This document shows, piece after piece, positions 25,683 through 36,753 of a stretch of 64,000 nt of DNA (positions are counted from its first letter, which is position 1; each line of letters opens with the position of its first letter). A program made the translations under genes and the position numbers. The notes under the pieces were generated by a model. It ran no database searches. It saw only the letters and a list, made by a program, of their open reading frames with translations, and had not been told where the DNA came from. The DNA comes from Mayamaea pseudoterrestris (lineage: Eukaryota), in NCBI GenBank assembly GCA_027923505.1, contig BROI01000020.1, forward strand, positions 124,001-188,000, given 5' to 3'.

Positions 25683-27422
25683 ATGCGATCACCGATTGGT
25701 CGTTCCTACAGCACCAACTCGGCCAATGTGGTACGCCACCGCCATGGCGTCTTGGACAGCGACATGGACGGCGCTGCACCTTTAAACAATCGGCCATTGA
25801 AACGAGGAATCCGCAAGGGTTTCGTTTCCACCAGCATTGGCGGAAGCAACGTGATTTACACGAAACTACTGCAAGCGCAACAATGGATGGACGAAACGAA
25901 ATCCAACCTTCAATTGGAGCTGTCGCGAGGATTGTTGACGAGAGAAACGTTGCTGCGCGTCGTGGCGCTGGCCGTCATATGCTTTACCCTACTGCGACTG
26001 TTGGTGAGATTCTTTCTCTACGCGGCAACACTCGACTCGCTAAACGAGCTTGCCATTTTGATACCAACACAACAAGAAATTCAATACAATGCACAGTATA
26101 ATTTGCAAGGAACATTTCCTGGCGACGCTACGAAACGAAACACTTTACCATGGATTGACGGACTCCCCTTTTTGCGTCGCAGCATTCGCACTCGCTACGG
26201 CACCATTCAGTACCATTCGCTATCATCGGAAGCCTTTGACATGGGCCGTCGCATTCGTCCTCACGACAATCTACTCGTTCACAACGAAACCTTGGCGCAA
26301 CTCGAATTCATGGACTTGCCCAACGAGTATCACGACGCCCGCGAAAAGGACTTGGGCAACTACGTGCACTACGACGAGCAAGATTACCCGGCGCGCCACG
26401 GCTGCTATAGACCCAAGTGGAGCTACGTGTACCAACCAACCTGCAACAGCTTTCACGAGGTGCAACTGGATCGTACGCCGAGTCGTCGCAACGCAGATTG
26501 GTACGTTGACTACATTTCGCACGGTTTCTTTCGTGAAACCTTTCTCATGCGGCGACAAGATGACGTCGACGTTGTCCTCAAAGTGCTGCGGCTGCACAAG
26601 AAAAAGAATGTCAATGCCTTTGTCATGCAGCAGGTGCAGATTGAAGCCGTCGTCATGGGTGAGTCCAGTGGATCGGGCTTGACCTTTAGAATTTACGGAC
26701 ACTGCGGCACATCCGTGTCGGTGGAGCGCGGCTACTTGATTCGAGATTCCATCTTTACGGAGGAACTGGTGGATCAGAATGATTTGGACCGTGAGCAAAT
26801 ACGTGGCGTCGTGCCGCGCAACAAGTTGACCAATGAGCAAAAGCTGCGCGTGGCATTGACCATGGCGAAAAGTTTGGCAGTGCTGCATGGTAACAAAAAA
26901 GGTGTCATTGCCAATGACGATGTGCAGATTGAGCAGTGGCTGCTGGATAGAAATGGAAATTTGAAGTTGAATGATTTCAACAATGCCGTCATTGTCAAGT
27001 GGTCGCCCGAGAAGAAGGACTACTGCATGTTTCGACGAAGCTTCAACTACATTTATCGCTCGCCCGAGGAAAATACATACCAGTGGACGAGTGAAGCATC
27101 CGATATTTACGCACTAGGAATGATTTACTACACGCTCATGACGGGGCTTGTGCCTTTTTACCAACATGAAGACTGGGACAAGGCATTGGCGGCACTGAAA
27201 CGAGGAGACAAGCCATATGTCGATCCTCGCTACGCCAATCACACTCTCATTGAGTGGGGACTGGTCAAGGTGATGAAGCCGTGCTGGAGCTTGCTTCCGC
27301 ATGAGCGACCAAGCATTTTCACCCTTGTCAAGCGACTTCGACAGCTGGTTAATATGTACGAAGAGAAATATCCGGGGACTAACATCAGTCAGGTTGATTT
27401 AAGAAACATTGGCTACATGTAA
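25683..27422 (+). CDS. Type II membrane atypical protein kinase (PKDCC/POMK-like), paralog B, intronless
   Basis: TM segment VVALAVICFTLLRLLVRFFLYAA. Motifs: ISHGFFRETF, VVLKVLR, IYGHCG, VIANDDVQIEQWL, KLNDFNNA, YRSPEE, SDIYALGMIYY. Colinear with paralog A. Confidence 0.85.
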   Translation: MRSPIGRSYSTNSANVVRHRHGVLDSDMDGAAPLNNRPLKRGIRKGFVSTSIGGSNVIYTKLLQAQQWMDETKSNLQLELSRGLLTRETLLRVVALAVICFTLLRLLVRFFLYAATLDSLNELAILIPTQQEIQYNAQYNLQGTFPGDATKRNTLPWIDGLPFLRRSIRTRYGTIQYHSLSSEAFDMGRRIRPHDNLLVHNETLAQLEFMDLPNEYHDAREKDLGNYVHYDEQDYPARHGCYRPKWSYVYQPTCNSFHEVQLDRTPSRRNADWYVDYISHGFFRETFLMRRQDDVDVVLKVLRLHKKKNVNAFVMQQVQIEAVVMGESSGSGLTFRIYGHCGTSVSVERGYLIRDSIFTEELVDQNDLDREQIRGVVPRNKLTNEQKLRVALTMAKSLAVLHGNKKGVIANDDVQIEQWLLDRNGNLKLNDFNNAVIVKWSPEKKDYCMFRRSFNYIYRSPEENTYQWTSEASDIYALGMIYYTLMTGLVPFYQHEDWDKALAALKRGDKPYVDPRYANHTLIEWGLVKVMKPCWSLLPHERPSIFTLVKRLRQLVNMYEEKYPGTNISQVDLRNIGYM

Positions 27423-28420
27423 GCTGGGCGAGGCTGCGGTCGGCTTGACAAACAATAACCAAGTGCTCGGCATTCAGCACGAGCCCAATTGAGAGCGCTG
27501 CTTGGCGCATCGAACCCATTGTTATAGTTGAAATCTTGCTCATGCCGAAACGGTTGTCACTTTCGACCAACGCGTGCTTAGTAAGGCACTCATCGAAGCT
27601 ACTAGTTTTCGACTTCAACCATCGGCTTAAAATTTAATCAGAATATCTGATTTTGCATCGTAAACTGTGATCCCAGGGTGTGATATTGCAGCGTATACTG
27701 TTAGCCCAGGGCGATTAAAAATACAATGAACGAAGACGATCACGGCGAGCATGTAGCTGCAAATTTAGCTACCGTATCAATGACTGGCGAAGTCAGCTAT
27801 TGCAGACTGACGAAGCACCGATAGTCGATACAATTGTACATTGTCGTACTGTTCAGGCTGTTAAAGAGCCATACTATTCATTTCTAAGGCAGGTGATTGT
27901 TTCTTTTGTGTCCAATGAGGGCTGGATATGAGCGATCTTATCTCGACAGCATGCAGCTTCAAAGGACTACCGTAGCTTGAGTACTCCCAGAAGATCAATG
28001 CTTTTCATGGCCCTACTATGCGCAGCATTGCAAGAATGAGTTTTGCGTTTACTGTTACTATCTTGCGAATGATGAAGGAGGATTGACAGTACGTTTCAGC
28101 TATGGTCGCACAGGTACACGGCGCAACCTCCGGACCTGAATTGTTCTGTACTCCTCTTCGCTCGTTTTTCATGAATCCGGGCGCACATGGCCTTCGTTCC
28201 GGCATTTTCCGGTTCCGGAACTTCCTGGGGCAATACACAGCAAGAGTCATGGACGACTTTGATTGGCTGAAGCATGTCCGGTACTGGTGCGACACGGCGT
28301 TCGTTTCCGCTGCGTTCGCGAGTTTCGGACCACCTCCGATCCAACAAAGCGGTCACAACATCATCACAACCCATCACAACTTGCAACAGCGTCAATAGAC
28401 TCTAGCAAACGGGCATTATC

Positions 28421-29569
28421 ATGGTGCTCCAAGAGTCTGGAAGCTCCACTGATACGCTTGTCAGCCTGCCAAGAGTAAAGCAGCAGCTTCGAAAGACTGT
28501 GGCGACGCAGCAATGGCCTGCACTTGAATTCCGGCAAACCATGATCAATCTTCCGGAGCTGGATTCGTTCGATGATGACGAGTCTTGGAATAGCTGTCTG
28601 GACGACGACGAGCAAACTATTACGCAATTCATGTACCTGCCAACAATCGGTTCGGTGGATGAACATTTACCAAGTGTCTTTTTGGATGCTCGCGACGAGC
28701 TCTTGCTGCAGAAACCGGTCGTTTACTCCAAATCGACCACGAGTGAACGCCTCTTGTACGTTTGTCAAGGCGAAGTCGCTCACGCATTGCCAATGCAATG
28801 CGATGTCTTGTTGACGGACAAGGCCACCACCTGCCACATGCTGGCGCTGCGCAGCGAGTCGATGTCGGGGGCGCTGCCACTCACCAGCTTGACGCACATT
28901 GACGGCACGCAATATTCCAACTGCCTGTGTGAAATGTTTCAGAAGCACTCGAAACATCACGGAGATGGAAAGTTTCGACTTTCTGTGCATATTGTTGGCG
29001 GGTTCAATGACGAGAAGGAGACGTCTCGCAAGCTGTCAAGCTGGCTGCTTCAATTGATTGCAAACATTGCCCAGGAGCATTCCGAGTCCATGAACATGGT
29101 GCTTCAGACTTGCTCTATTAGCAGTTTGAACGATGATGGACATGGCAGTCCACTAGGGCGCGGACTTGCCATTTCGACCAAGACTGGAAACGTTTGGCTG
29201 GCACAATGCACTGATCATGTTGCAGGCCCACTTCGCAGCCTTCGAACGGCGCGGCTGCTGGAAAGTCAAACGACTCTGATCTGCGTTCATTCGGAAACCT
29301 CCAACGGCTTGGTGATTCCTGCCTTTACCTACAGCGTTCCGCAAGCCGACATTAATTTCTTGCTGTCACTCCCCGATCAAGTCTTGCTGCAGTACACGAG
29401 CACGTCGCCTCACTGCGAGGACGAGGATTTTTGCGCAGGCATGCGCGCCACCTTGGAGTGGGTACGAGACGTTCCGCACACTAGTGTCTTTTGTAAAAGT
29501 GATTTGCGTTTCAAGCGCGTGGGCAGCAGCAACCAGTGGAAGTCCGTTTGCGGCCGATTTTTGTGCTAG
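28421..29569 (+). CDS. NTAN1: Protein N-terminal asparagine amidohydrolase (N-degron pathway)
   Basis: LYVCQGEVA, TDKATTCHMLALR, LTHIDG, VHIVGGFND and TSTSPHCEDEDF match NTAN1 signatures. Confidence 0.88.
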   Translation: MVLQESGSSTDTLVSLPRVKQQLRKTVATQQWPALEFRQTMINLPELDSFDDDESWNSCLDDDEQTITQFMYLPTIGSVDEHLPSVFLDARDELLLQKPVVYSKSTTSERLLYVCQGEVAHALPMQCDVLLTDKATTCHMLALRSESMSGALPLTSLTHIDGTQYSNCLCEMFQKHSKHHGDGKFRLSVHIVGGFNDEKETSRKLSSWLLQLIANIAQEHSESMNMVLQTCSISSLNDDGHGSPLGRGLAISTKTGNVWLAQCTDHVAGPLRSLRTARLLESQTTLICVHSETSNGLVIPAFTYSVPQADINFLLSLPDQVLLQYTSTSPHCEDEDFCAGMRATLEWVRDVPHTSVFCKSDLRFKRVGSSNQWKSVCGRFLC

Positions 29570-30066
29570 TGGCGTCGCATTGGCGACCTCTAATTTTGAT
29601 TTTTGATTATTATTTAAACAGTTTTGAAACGACACGGGTTCTTAAGTGCCCAATTACAAGAGAATTAAGGTCCTAGGCCAAGGTAGAACAAACTCTCGAA
29701 TAGTTTTCTTGTCGGCGAGGGCTTGATTTTACTGTCAGTTCCATACTAAAACCACCAACCGTGTGAACGCAACGCCTGCCAGCGTCTCCTCCTTCTCTCG
29801 CTCTCGCAGCTTTGTGATCAAGAGCCAAGGTTGATGAAGAGGACGTATATCTTTGTCTTGCTAACAATGCTGCGTTGCATTTTCTTTTCATTAAGAATTC
29901 AAGACGTTTACGATCCCAGAATAGACGAGAACGTGTCGCTGTCGTGCATTTGCGAGATATTTAGCTTCGCAACAAATCGGATCTCGTGCAGAAATCGATT
30001 ACAGTTAACACAAATACCTACCTCTATCGAAAAAAGTCTTCCGTTCCTGCGTCTTTATCCTCAGTC

Positions 30067-30531
30067 ATGACGCTCATCAAACAAAGCCTCTGCATTCTTG
30101 CCTTGCTGGTCATTAGTTCGCTCGCGGCTGCGAAATGCGGAGACAACTGGCGCGAGATTCGCACGCGCCTCGCCAACTCCAAGCGTCGCTGGGCGCGCAT
30201 GGCGCCGTCGCCAAGCTGCTACAACATGACGATTGAAAAACAATGCTTTTGTCCAGCTGAGTATATCGGTCCTCACGATTTGCAAATCGTCAAGGGGAAG
30301 ATCCAAAATACTACCATGTACACCCAGGATTTGCCGACGGTCAATGGGTTGTTCAATTTGGTCAAGAAGTACTGCGTCAAGAATTGCCCCAAATCTGGTG
30401 CGGAGGTTTGCAAAGTTCGCTTTGATGGCGTCTACGGATATGTTAAGGAGCTTGAGGTTGACATCTCGACGCAAATTATAGATGAGGAGATTCGCTACTA
30501 TGTCACAGACTTGAACTTTTGCAAAAAATAG
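30067..30531 (+). CDS. Small secreted DUF6174-like protein
   Basis: Signal peptide MTLIKQSLCILALLVISSLAAA. YNMTIEKQCFCP, LPTVNGLFNLV and FDGVYGYVKELEVD...IIDEEIRY follow the DUF6174 pattern. Confidence 0.7.
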   Translation: MTLIKQSLCILALLVISSLAAAKCGDNWREIRTRLANSKRRWARMAPSPSCYNMTIEKQCFCPAEYIGPHDLQIVKGKIQNTTMYTQDLPTVNGLFNLVKKYCVKNCPKSGAEVCKVRFDGVYGYVKELEVDISTQIIDEEIRYYVTDLNFCKK

Positions 30532-30936
30532 ATTTGATCAATGATGGAGGGAGCGGTGCACCTATACAACAAGAAGCAGAATCTATAATACATACTTGTA
30601 AGCCCATTCGTTCAATGATCTTCTAATAGTACTTTTGGTCTTCCTCTCAGCTGTTCATGCGATACACTACGTACCGGTAGATTGACCCTACGTACAACTC
30701 GAACCATTTGGTCCTTCCCAACCAGCGCCCCAGCAAACCCATTCAGCGATCAATAAACGTATTTGAGCTAGTTTGTTATTTAGGAATTTTAGAGCGATGC
30801 AGGGAATTTGTTATCTTTTCCAACCAATGCATTCCAAAGCACACCTTGAAGGAATACAGTACTGCGCCCCAAAGCGCAAAACTTTACTGCTAGTATACAT
30901 TTATATACTCAAGCTAAATCATGATCGCAGCCAAGA

Positions 30937-32892
30937 TCAGTTGATCACTGGCTCCCAAACCCAAAGGTTTGCTAGGAACTATGCGTTGAGTTGCAGCAGA
31001 AGAATGAGAGTGAGGACGAGTCAAGTATTCGCTCAATCAAGCAAGCACAACCAGCAATGCTCTTGCAGCAGCACACGTATTACACTTACCTTTTCTCCCT
31101 TGGTAACTGGCTGTCCCGAATGCTGCGACAAGTCGTCAACGTTTCCGTCCGGTAGAACATTGTAAAAGAGTATTGCCGTGCCCTTTTTTGGTTCAATGGT
31201 GATGCCGTCATGGAAGTTAGCATTGGTGGCTCGCGGAAACCGCGTTTCGCCTCCCTCAAAGTTATCATTCAAGTACAGCAAGAGCGTGGCGAACCGCGTC
31301 GGCTGCATGCGATGCTTTTGCGACGGATATACAAAGTCGTGATGCGGAGCATACTCCTCGTTCTCCTTGTATCGCACCACTTGCAGTGACTCGGCAATGG
31401 AGTGGTGATTGGCATGCACGTCGTCATCCATGGGCGCCTGCAGGAGCGACTGGTCAATCTGCAGCACCTTGGCGGCGCGCTCGTAAATGCGATTCGTCAA
31501 GTCCGTCGTGGCGCGCTCGAGCCACGTATTCGTGGAGGACCTTGTCGATAGGTCGCGCTGATGCCGCACCAAGCTTCCAGAGTAGACAGTCGATGCCTGC
31601 ATGTCATGCGTAAGTGCCAGCTTGACTAGCTCGTCGCACTCTTCGGAAGTCAGAAAGTTCTTGATGGAAAAGACTCGCGGTTCAACCGATTCCGTTTTCA
31701 ACGTCAAGTCAGAATCTGGAATCGCTTGCACTTGTCCAAAGTGCGACGCCTGCCACATGAAATACTGGGGATATGGTCGCGGAAACTGTGCCAGCCATGG
31801 TCGTCGGGCATGAATTAGATAAGACGTGGCAAACTCCTTGGTGAGCAGCTGCATTTGATACAAGTAAAGGTCAGTTTCACTCCAGTCCTCGGGCGACTCG
31901 TTTGGATTCTCATAATATACCAAGCAATCATCCGCTGTCAGTGTCCATCTTGCCAATGCATGTGACGAGTCATGAACAGGCGTCAAACTAAAGGATTGTC
32001 CAGGCGTCGTGGCCGTTCCAAGCGATTCAAACGGAGCAATTTCGCCAACCAATTTGCGTTCCACACTGCCGTCCCAAAAGAGTAGCAAGGGTTGCGGCGA
32101 TATGTTAAAGAACTTGGCGGCAAAGCCTGTAAATGTCAAATGTGCAGGTTGTAGTTTGGCTTGTCGCTTGTGATTGACAAAGGAAAGGCTTGTCGAAGTA
32201 GCTCCATGATCCAAATACATGCTTTCCAACGTCGGCGACTGGTAGTATCGAGCATGACCCTTGAGTAGATTCACTCCATCATTCACTTGCTGCTTCAAAC
32301 AAGCAATCTCCGAGTCTCGCTCGTCTGAATGCTCCAAGGCTTCCGACGCCAAGTCTTGATTGTCTAGTAAAAGAACGTGACTGTAGTCGTCATCCTGCAT
32401 GAAATCAGCGGCATAATGAAGAATCATGGCTGGTAGCAAGCTCTTGGGGACTGTGAATTCAAATGACACCAATGTAGATTCACGCTTTGCTAAAAGTTCG
32501 CCATCAGCATCTGCTGGAGTATTGCAAAAGGTAATATTTGCCGTTCGCTGATAGGATTTTAAATGCGTATGCATCCGATCAAATAACACGGCAGTAGGAG
32601 CAAGTACATCTGACTCGGCTGCAGGACCATTGAGCTGCTGATAGCAGGCATAGACGATTGTCGCTAGGATGGCTACCAAGATGGCGCATACATGTTGCTT
32701 CCACGCCGCTCGCAGCGACTCGAGCAAAGTGAACTCGTCGTCGTCGTCATCGTCTTGATCGCATGTAACGCCCTTTCGATCAACTAAATACTCCCATTCA
32801 TCATCGCTGCCTTCACTTTGGTCGTCAAAGGCCGATGAGTCTTTGCTGCTACTCGTTGTGGCGGGAGAGCCGTTCGTCGTGGTGAGCGCCAT
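30937..32892 (-). CDS. Membrane-anchored prolyl 4-hydroxylase (2OG-Fe(II) dioxygenase); intron 30979-31089
   Basis: PRVFSIKNFLTSEECDELV, RSSTNTWL, ESLQVVRY, HHDF, RFATLLLYLN..GGETRFP, HSGQPVTKGEK. A GTAAGT...ATAG intron restores the expected terminal exon FLANLWVWEPVIN*. TM segment VCAILVAILATIVYACY. Confidence 0.9.
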
Positions 32893-33616
32893 GGTGAAAT
32901 TGACTGTGAGTGATTTGCAACGAGGAAGCCAAACCTCGTCGATGGATGCGCGTCAGCCACGCTGATCAACGGATATTTTTCACCGGCACGCGCGCCAGGG
33001 TGGTTTCGACTTGCTCACTATTTCCATTGCATTGCGCTCACATCCCTCCCCATTCAATGGGCTGCTTCCTGCATCTTAATAAGCGTCGTCGACGTCTTCA
33101 TTGGCGTCGCGTCGTCGTCGATACATAATCCACTCAAAACAATGCCACCAAGCGCCAGTGCCTCAACTCCTTGCAGCAGCCAGCAAGCACGTCAACAGAC
33201 GGCAGATGGCACGCACAAAGCGATATGCGAGGAAATCTGCAAGTTAAGCAACATAGATCAGAGCTGTAAAGTAGACTGATCACTTGCGTTATATTACGTG
33301 CTGAGTCGTGCTCTCACGCAGCATCGCTGGACGATGTCAAGAGACATGGACTCTTGGAACCACGACTGTTGTCGCATGTTGTTAATTACTTTTGATGCAG
33401 TATCAGCAGCTGGACGAGCAATGTACGTAAGTAAATAGGAGATAGCATTCACGATAGTAACAAAAAGACAAACATTAATAAAGGTGCATCTACTCGTCGT
33501 AACTACTATCAGTCATTCGAGCAAGCTTCACTGCAGAAACCCGTGCCCAAAGTTGCCTGAAATTACGCGCAGATGCGTATATGCGAATATATTCAATTAA
33601 GCAAACAAGCCAGTTC

Positions 33617-34483
33617 TTATTGAAGACTTAGCAGAGTGCGACCATCAGTTTTCGGTGCCTTGCTGCCTTTCGGTCCCTTGCTGCCTTTTGGTCCCTTGCT
33701 GCCCTTTGATTTCTTGCCTTTTGGCCCCTTTGTTCCCTTCGGTCCTTTCGTGCTCTTGGCTTTTGGCGCCTTTGTAGCCTTGGCAGCTGCGTCCCCTCCA
33801 GTTGCAACGGGCATGCGACGTCTCAAATCCCGAACTCCAAACTCGGGTGCCTTAGATCCTTTTGGTCCCTTGCTGCCCTTTGATTTCTTGGTGCCTTTCG
33901 ACTTCTTGCTTCCCTTTGGACCTTTCGTGCCCTTTGGTCCCTTCGTGCCCTTGGTCTTAGGAGCTTTCGTAGTTTTGGGAGCTTTCGTCTTAGCAGCTGC
34001 ATCGCCTCCGGCCTTACTAGCGATTGGCATGCGTCGTCTCAAGTCGCGACGAGCAAGGGTAGGTGCATCGTTTTTCGGCGATTTGGGGCTCTTTGGCGAT
34101 TTGGTACCCTTTGGTCCCTTGCTGCCTTTTACTTTACTGCCCTTTGGTCCCTTGCTGCCCTTTGATTTTGGTGCTTTGGTACCTTTTGGGCCCTTAGTGC
34201 CTTTAGGTGCCTTCGGTGCCTTCGTTCCCTTCGTCTTTCCTTTAGTAGCCTTGGCGACTTGCATGCGTCGCAAGTCGCGGCTCTGACGGAACTCGCTCAT
34301 GTCCACATGGTCGACCGCATCGTTTGAAACAGAAATACCTGCGTTGATGAGCTGCGTTGTTGCAAGTGATGTCGAGGTGCCAGTTTCAGCTGAGGTGAAG
34401 AACAGTTTGGCGTCGAACGAAAGGAACAGACTCAGTATCGCCGCAGCGACGGCGAGTTTGGATGGAAGGGGTCGCGAGTTCAT
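33617..34483 (-). CDS. Silaffin-like Lys-rich secreted precursor 1 (KxxK repeats, RXL processing sites)
   Basis: Signal-like MNSRPLPSKLAVAAAILSLFLSFDA. Three KGSK/KGTK/KGPK/KAPK-rich modules, each preceded by RDLRR, with a terminal RTL. Confidence 0.8.
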   Translation of the reverse strand: MNSRPLPSKLAVAAAILSLFLSFDAKLFFTSAETGTSTSLATTQLINAGISVSNDAVDHVDMSEFRQSRDLRRMQVAKATKGKTKGTKAPKAPKGTKGPKGTKAPKSKGSKGPKGSKVKGSKGPKGTKSPKSPKSPKNDAPTLARRDLRRRMPIASKAGGDAAAKTKAPKTTKAPKTKGTKGPKGTKGPKGSKKSKGTKKSKGSKGPKGSKAPEFGVRDLRRRMPVATGGDAAAKATKAPKAKSTKGPKGTKGPKGKKSKGSKGPKGSKGPKGSKAPKTDGRTLLSLQ

Positions 34484-35430
34484 GGTTAACGTTGACGGTC
34501 TGTAATTTCTTTCTTCACGAACTCTGCAACACACAAGCAAAGTAGCAGCGTGAGGATGTATAGAAGAGGATTGCGTGTACCTGCGAGCCTTTGTATATGA
34601 ACAGATACGGCGGAACGGATCCAATTTGCGATGAAACGCTTGCATCGAATAGAAGTCGGCGATGAACACGAGCTCGCCTCGCGCGCTACGACATCGCGGA
34701 TTGGCCAACGGAGGGAATCTTCAAGTTGTGAGTCATTTCTGCGTCACAAGAACTAAGTAACCGACTGATTTCACAGCATGAACTCGCTAATATGCGCACA
34801 AACGCTGCAGCGTGTTCACAGCGGAGAATAGCGAATGACTCATGACTGGCGTGGCAGCTACAGTACGACGAGTACAGTTACGGTAACAGTGAATGTGGAG
34901 TACGAGTAAACCGAAATCCAGGAGGATCATTAGTAACAAAAGCTACCTACACTACACCACTTGTACTTGGCGAGGTACAACTCCAACATAGGAGTATTAT
35001 ATAAGTAGTGGCGACTTCTGCGGCATTACATAAAGTCGTGAGAGTAGGGAGTAGGTTCAAGATGAAGTTGTCGTCGTTGCGGGCACTCCATTGAAGGACT
35101 GCAAGATTATGGCAGAGCCACGCAACGTTCCTACGAGTAGCAAACAACGCATGAGTAAAGCCAACATTTTCCAAAGGGACCATGGCTACAGCTATGATCT
35201 ACATACGCATAACACAGAAGTAGTATTATAATTCGCTCATCGTCGACTCGCATTCGCATTCGACATCACAATTATTTTTCGCTGCTACATTGAACATAGC
35301 AATGGATCAAACGATTAAAATGATAGTATGCTAAACATGAACATTACAGGATGCGATATATGTAGTGAAATAAGTCGCCTGGAGCCTGTGCTCCACCAGC
35401 GAGCGGCTTGATGCTTGTCAAGCACCTCCC

Positions 35431-35934
35431 TTAAGCCTTTCGAAGTGCACGCCTGCCAAGCGTGAACTTTGGCGCTTTCGTGCCCTTGACTTTGCTTCCT
35501 TTGCTTCCCTTCACTTTGCTGCCTTTCAAAAGGCGGTCGGTGTCGTCACGAAGAGCCCGCTCGAAGAAAACTGGAGCCTTGGAGTTTTTTGGCGCTTTTG
35601 TGCCCTTGATTTTACTTCCCTTGATCTTGCTGCCCTTGATTTTGCTGCCTTTGATCTTGCTGCCCTTAACCTTGCTGGCTTTGACGACCTTGACGCTGCT
35701 GCCTTTTGGAACCTTGATCGCTTTTGGAGCTTTCAAAGTTACGGTCTTGTCGCCTTTGTCGCCCTTGTCTCCCTTCACGCCCTTGCTGCCCTTCAGTTCG
35801 CGAGCCATGTCATTTTCGTTACTCGCCACATAGAAGGATGTATCATACTGCGAAACAGTCGTCTCGGTGTAGCTGTTGGTTCCATCGACAGCAAACGCCA
35901 GCAGGCTGATGATAATGGTCAAGTATCTGTTCAT
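35431..35934 (-). CDS. Silaffin-like Lys-rich secreted precursor 2 (KGSK repeats, RXL sites)
   Basis: Signal MNRYLTIIISLLAFAVDG, then an acidic pro-piece. REL, RAL, RLL and RAL sites bracket (KGSKI/V)n and KAPK modules. Confidence 0.8.
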   Translation of the reverse strand: MNRYLTIIISLLAFAVDGTNSYTETTVSQYDTSFYVASNENDMARELKGSKGVKGDKGDKGDKTVTLKAPKAIKVPKGSSVKVVKASKVKGSKIKGSKIKGSKIKGSKIKGTKAPKNSKAPVFFERALRDDTDRLLKGSKVKGSKGSKVKGTKAPKFTLGRRALRKA

Positions 35935-36753
35935 GTTTTTGCTTCGGATTTGGTTTTTCAAAAAAGTGTCAAGGTCGGCGCGAGGGCAACGTTCTGTTCC
36001 TTGATCCTCGTAATGCGATCTTTGTAATCGGAGCGGGCGGTGCGCTGTTGAACAAAGTTGTGAGACGCAGACTTACTTGTCGATGGACTGTTTCTTGGCG
36101 ATGGATGACTTCTCGGGTGATGGTTTTGGCGATTGGCTGGTCAATGAGAGGAAATTCAGCGACGCGTGACGTGTATTTACTCCGGAAGATGTCATTTGTG
36201 ACCTCACACACGATTTGTGACTGATGCTTAAGCTAGCGTAGAACTACCAGAACCGGCTACATAGTACACTACTGTATATTGGTAAGATGCTGGTTCATGT
36301 GCGTATACTATGCAGTACTCGTACAAAACTCTTGAGAAGAATGTTAAAATTTAGCCTAGTAACTGCTTTATACGCACTATGGCAACATCTTTTGTGCAAA
36401 AGGCACGCATCGTGGTTCCGTCATGGTCCATGCCATCGGGAATAATGAACCGACCATCATTTCTTTCAAACGCAATCAGAGAGGACTTCCTATCGCGTAG
36501 ATTGCTGGCAATAACCTTTATGATAATGTGGAGGCGTTCATATGCTCCGGCAATGCGCCAAGTCAAGTAACCTCGGGCGATACTAAACAATTGAACATGT
36601 GCGTAGTCCACAAGTTGCAAGAATTGGCGTTGGTAAACGTGATGCAACGGTTCGCTCAAAGCCGTTTCAATGCCTTGCATGTTCCATTCGCCTCATGTGC
36701 GCAGTGTGTTCGGCGCGAGTTGATTCCAGTTGATACGCAAAAGCTAACAAAAG

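Noticed and set aside
33636..34286. Plus-strand ORF with PFG/LLPF repeats (likewise 35462..35833)
   Set aside because: Antisense shadow of the Lys-rich repeats; the minus strand carries the signal peptides and RXL sites.
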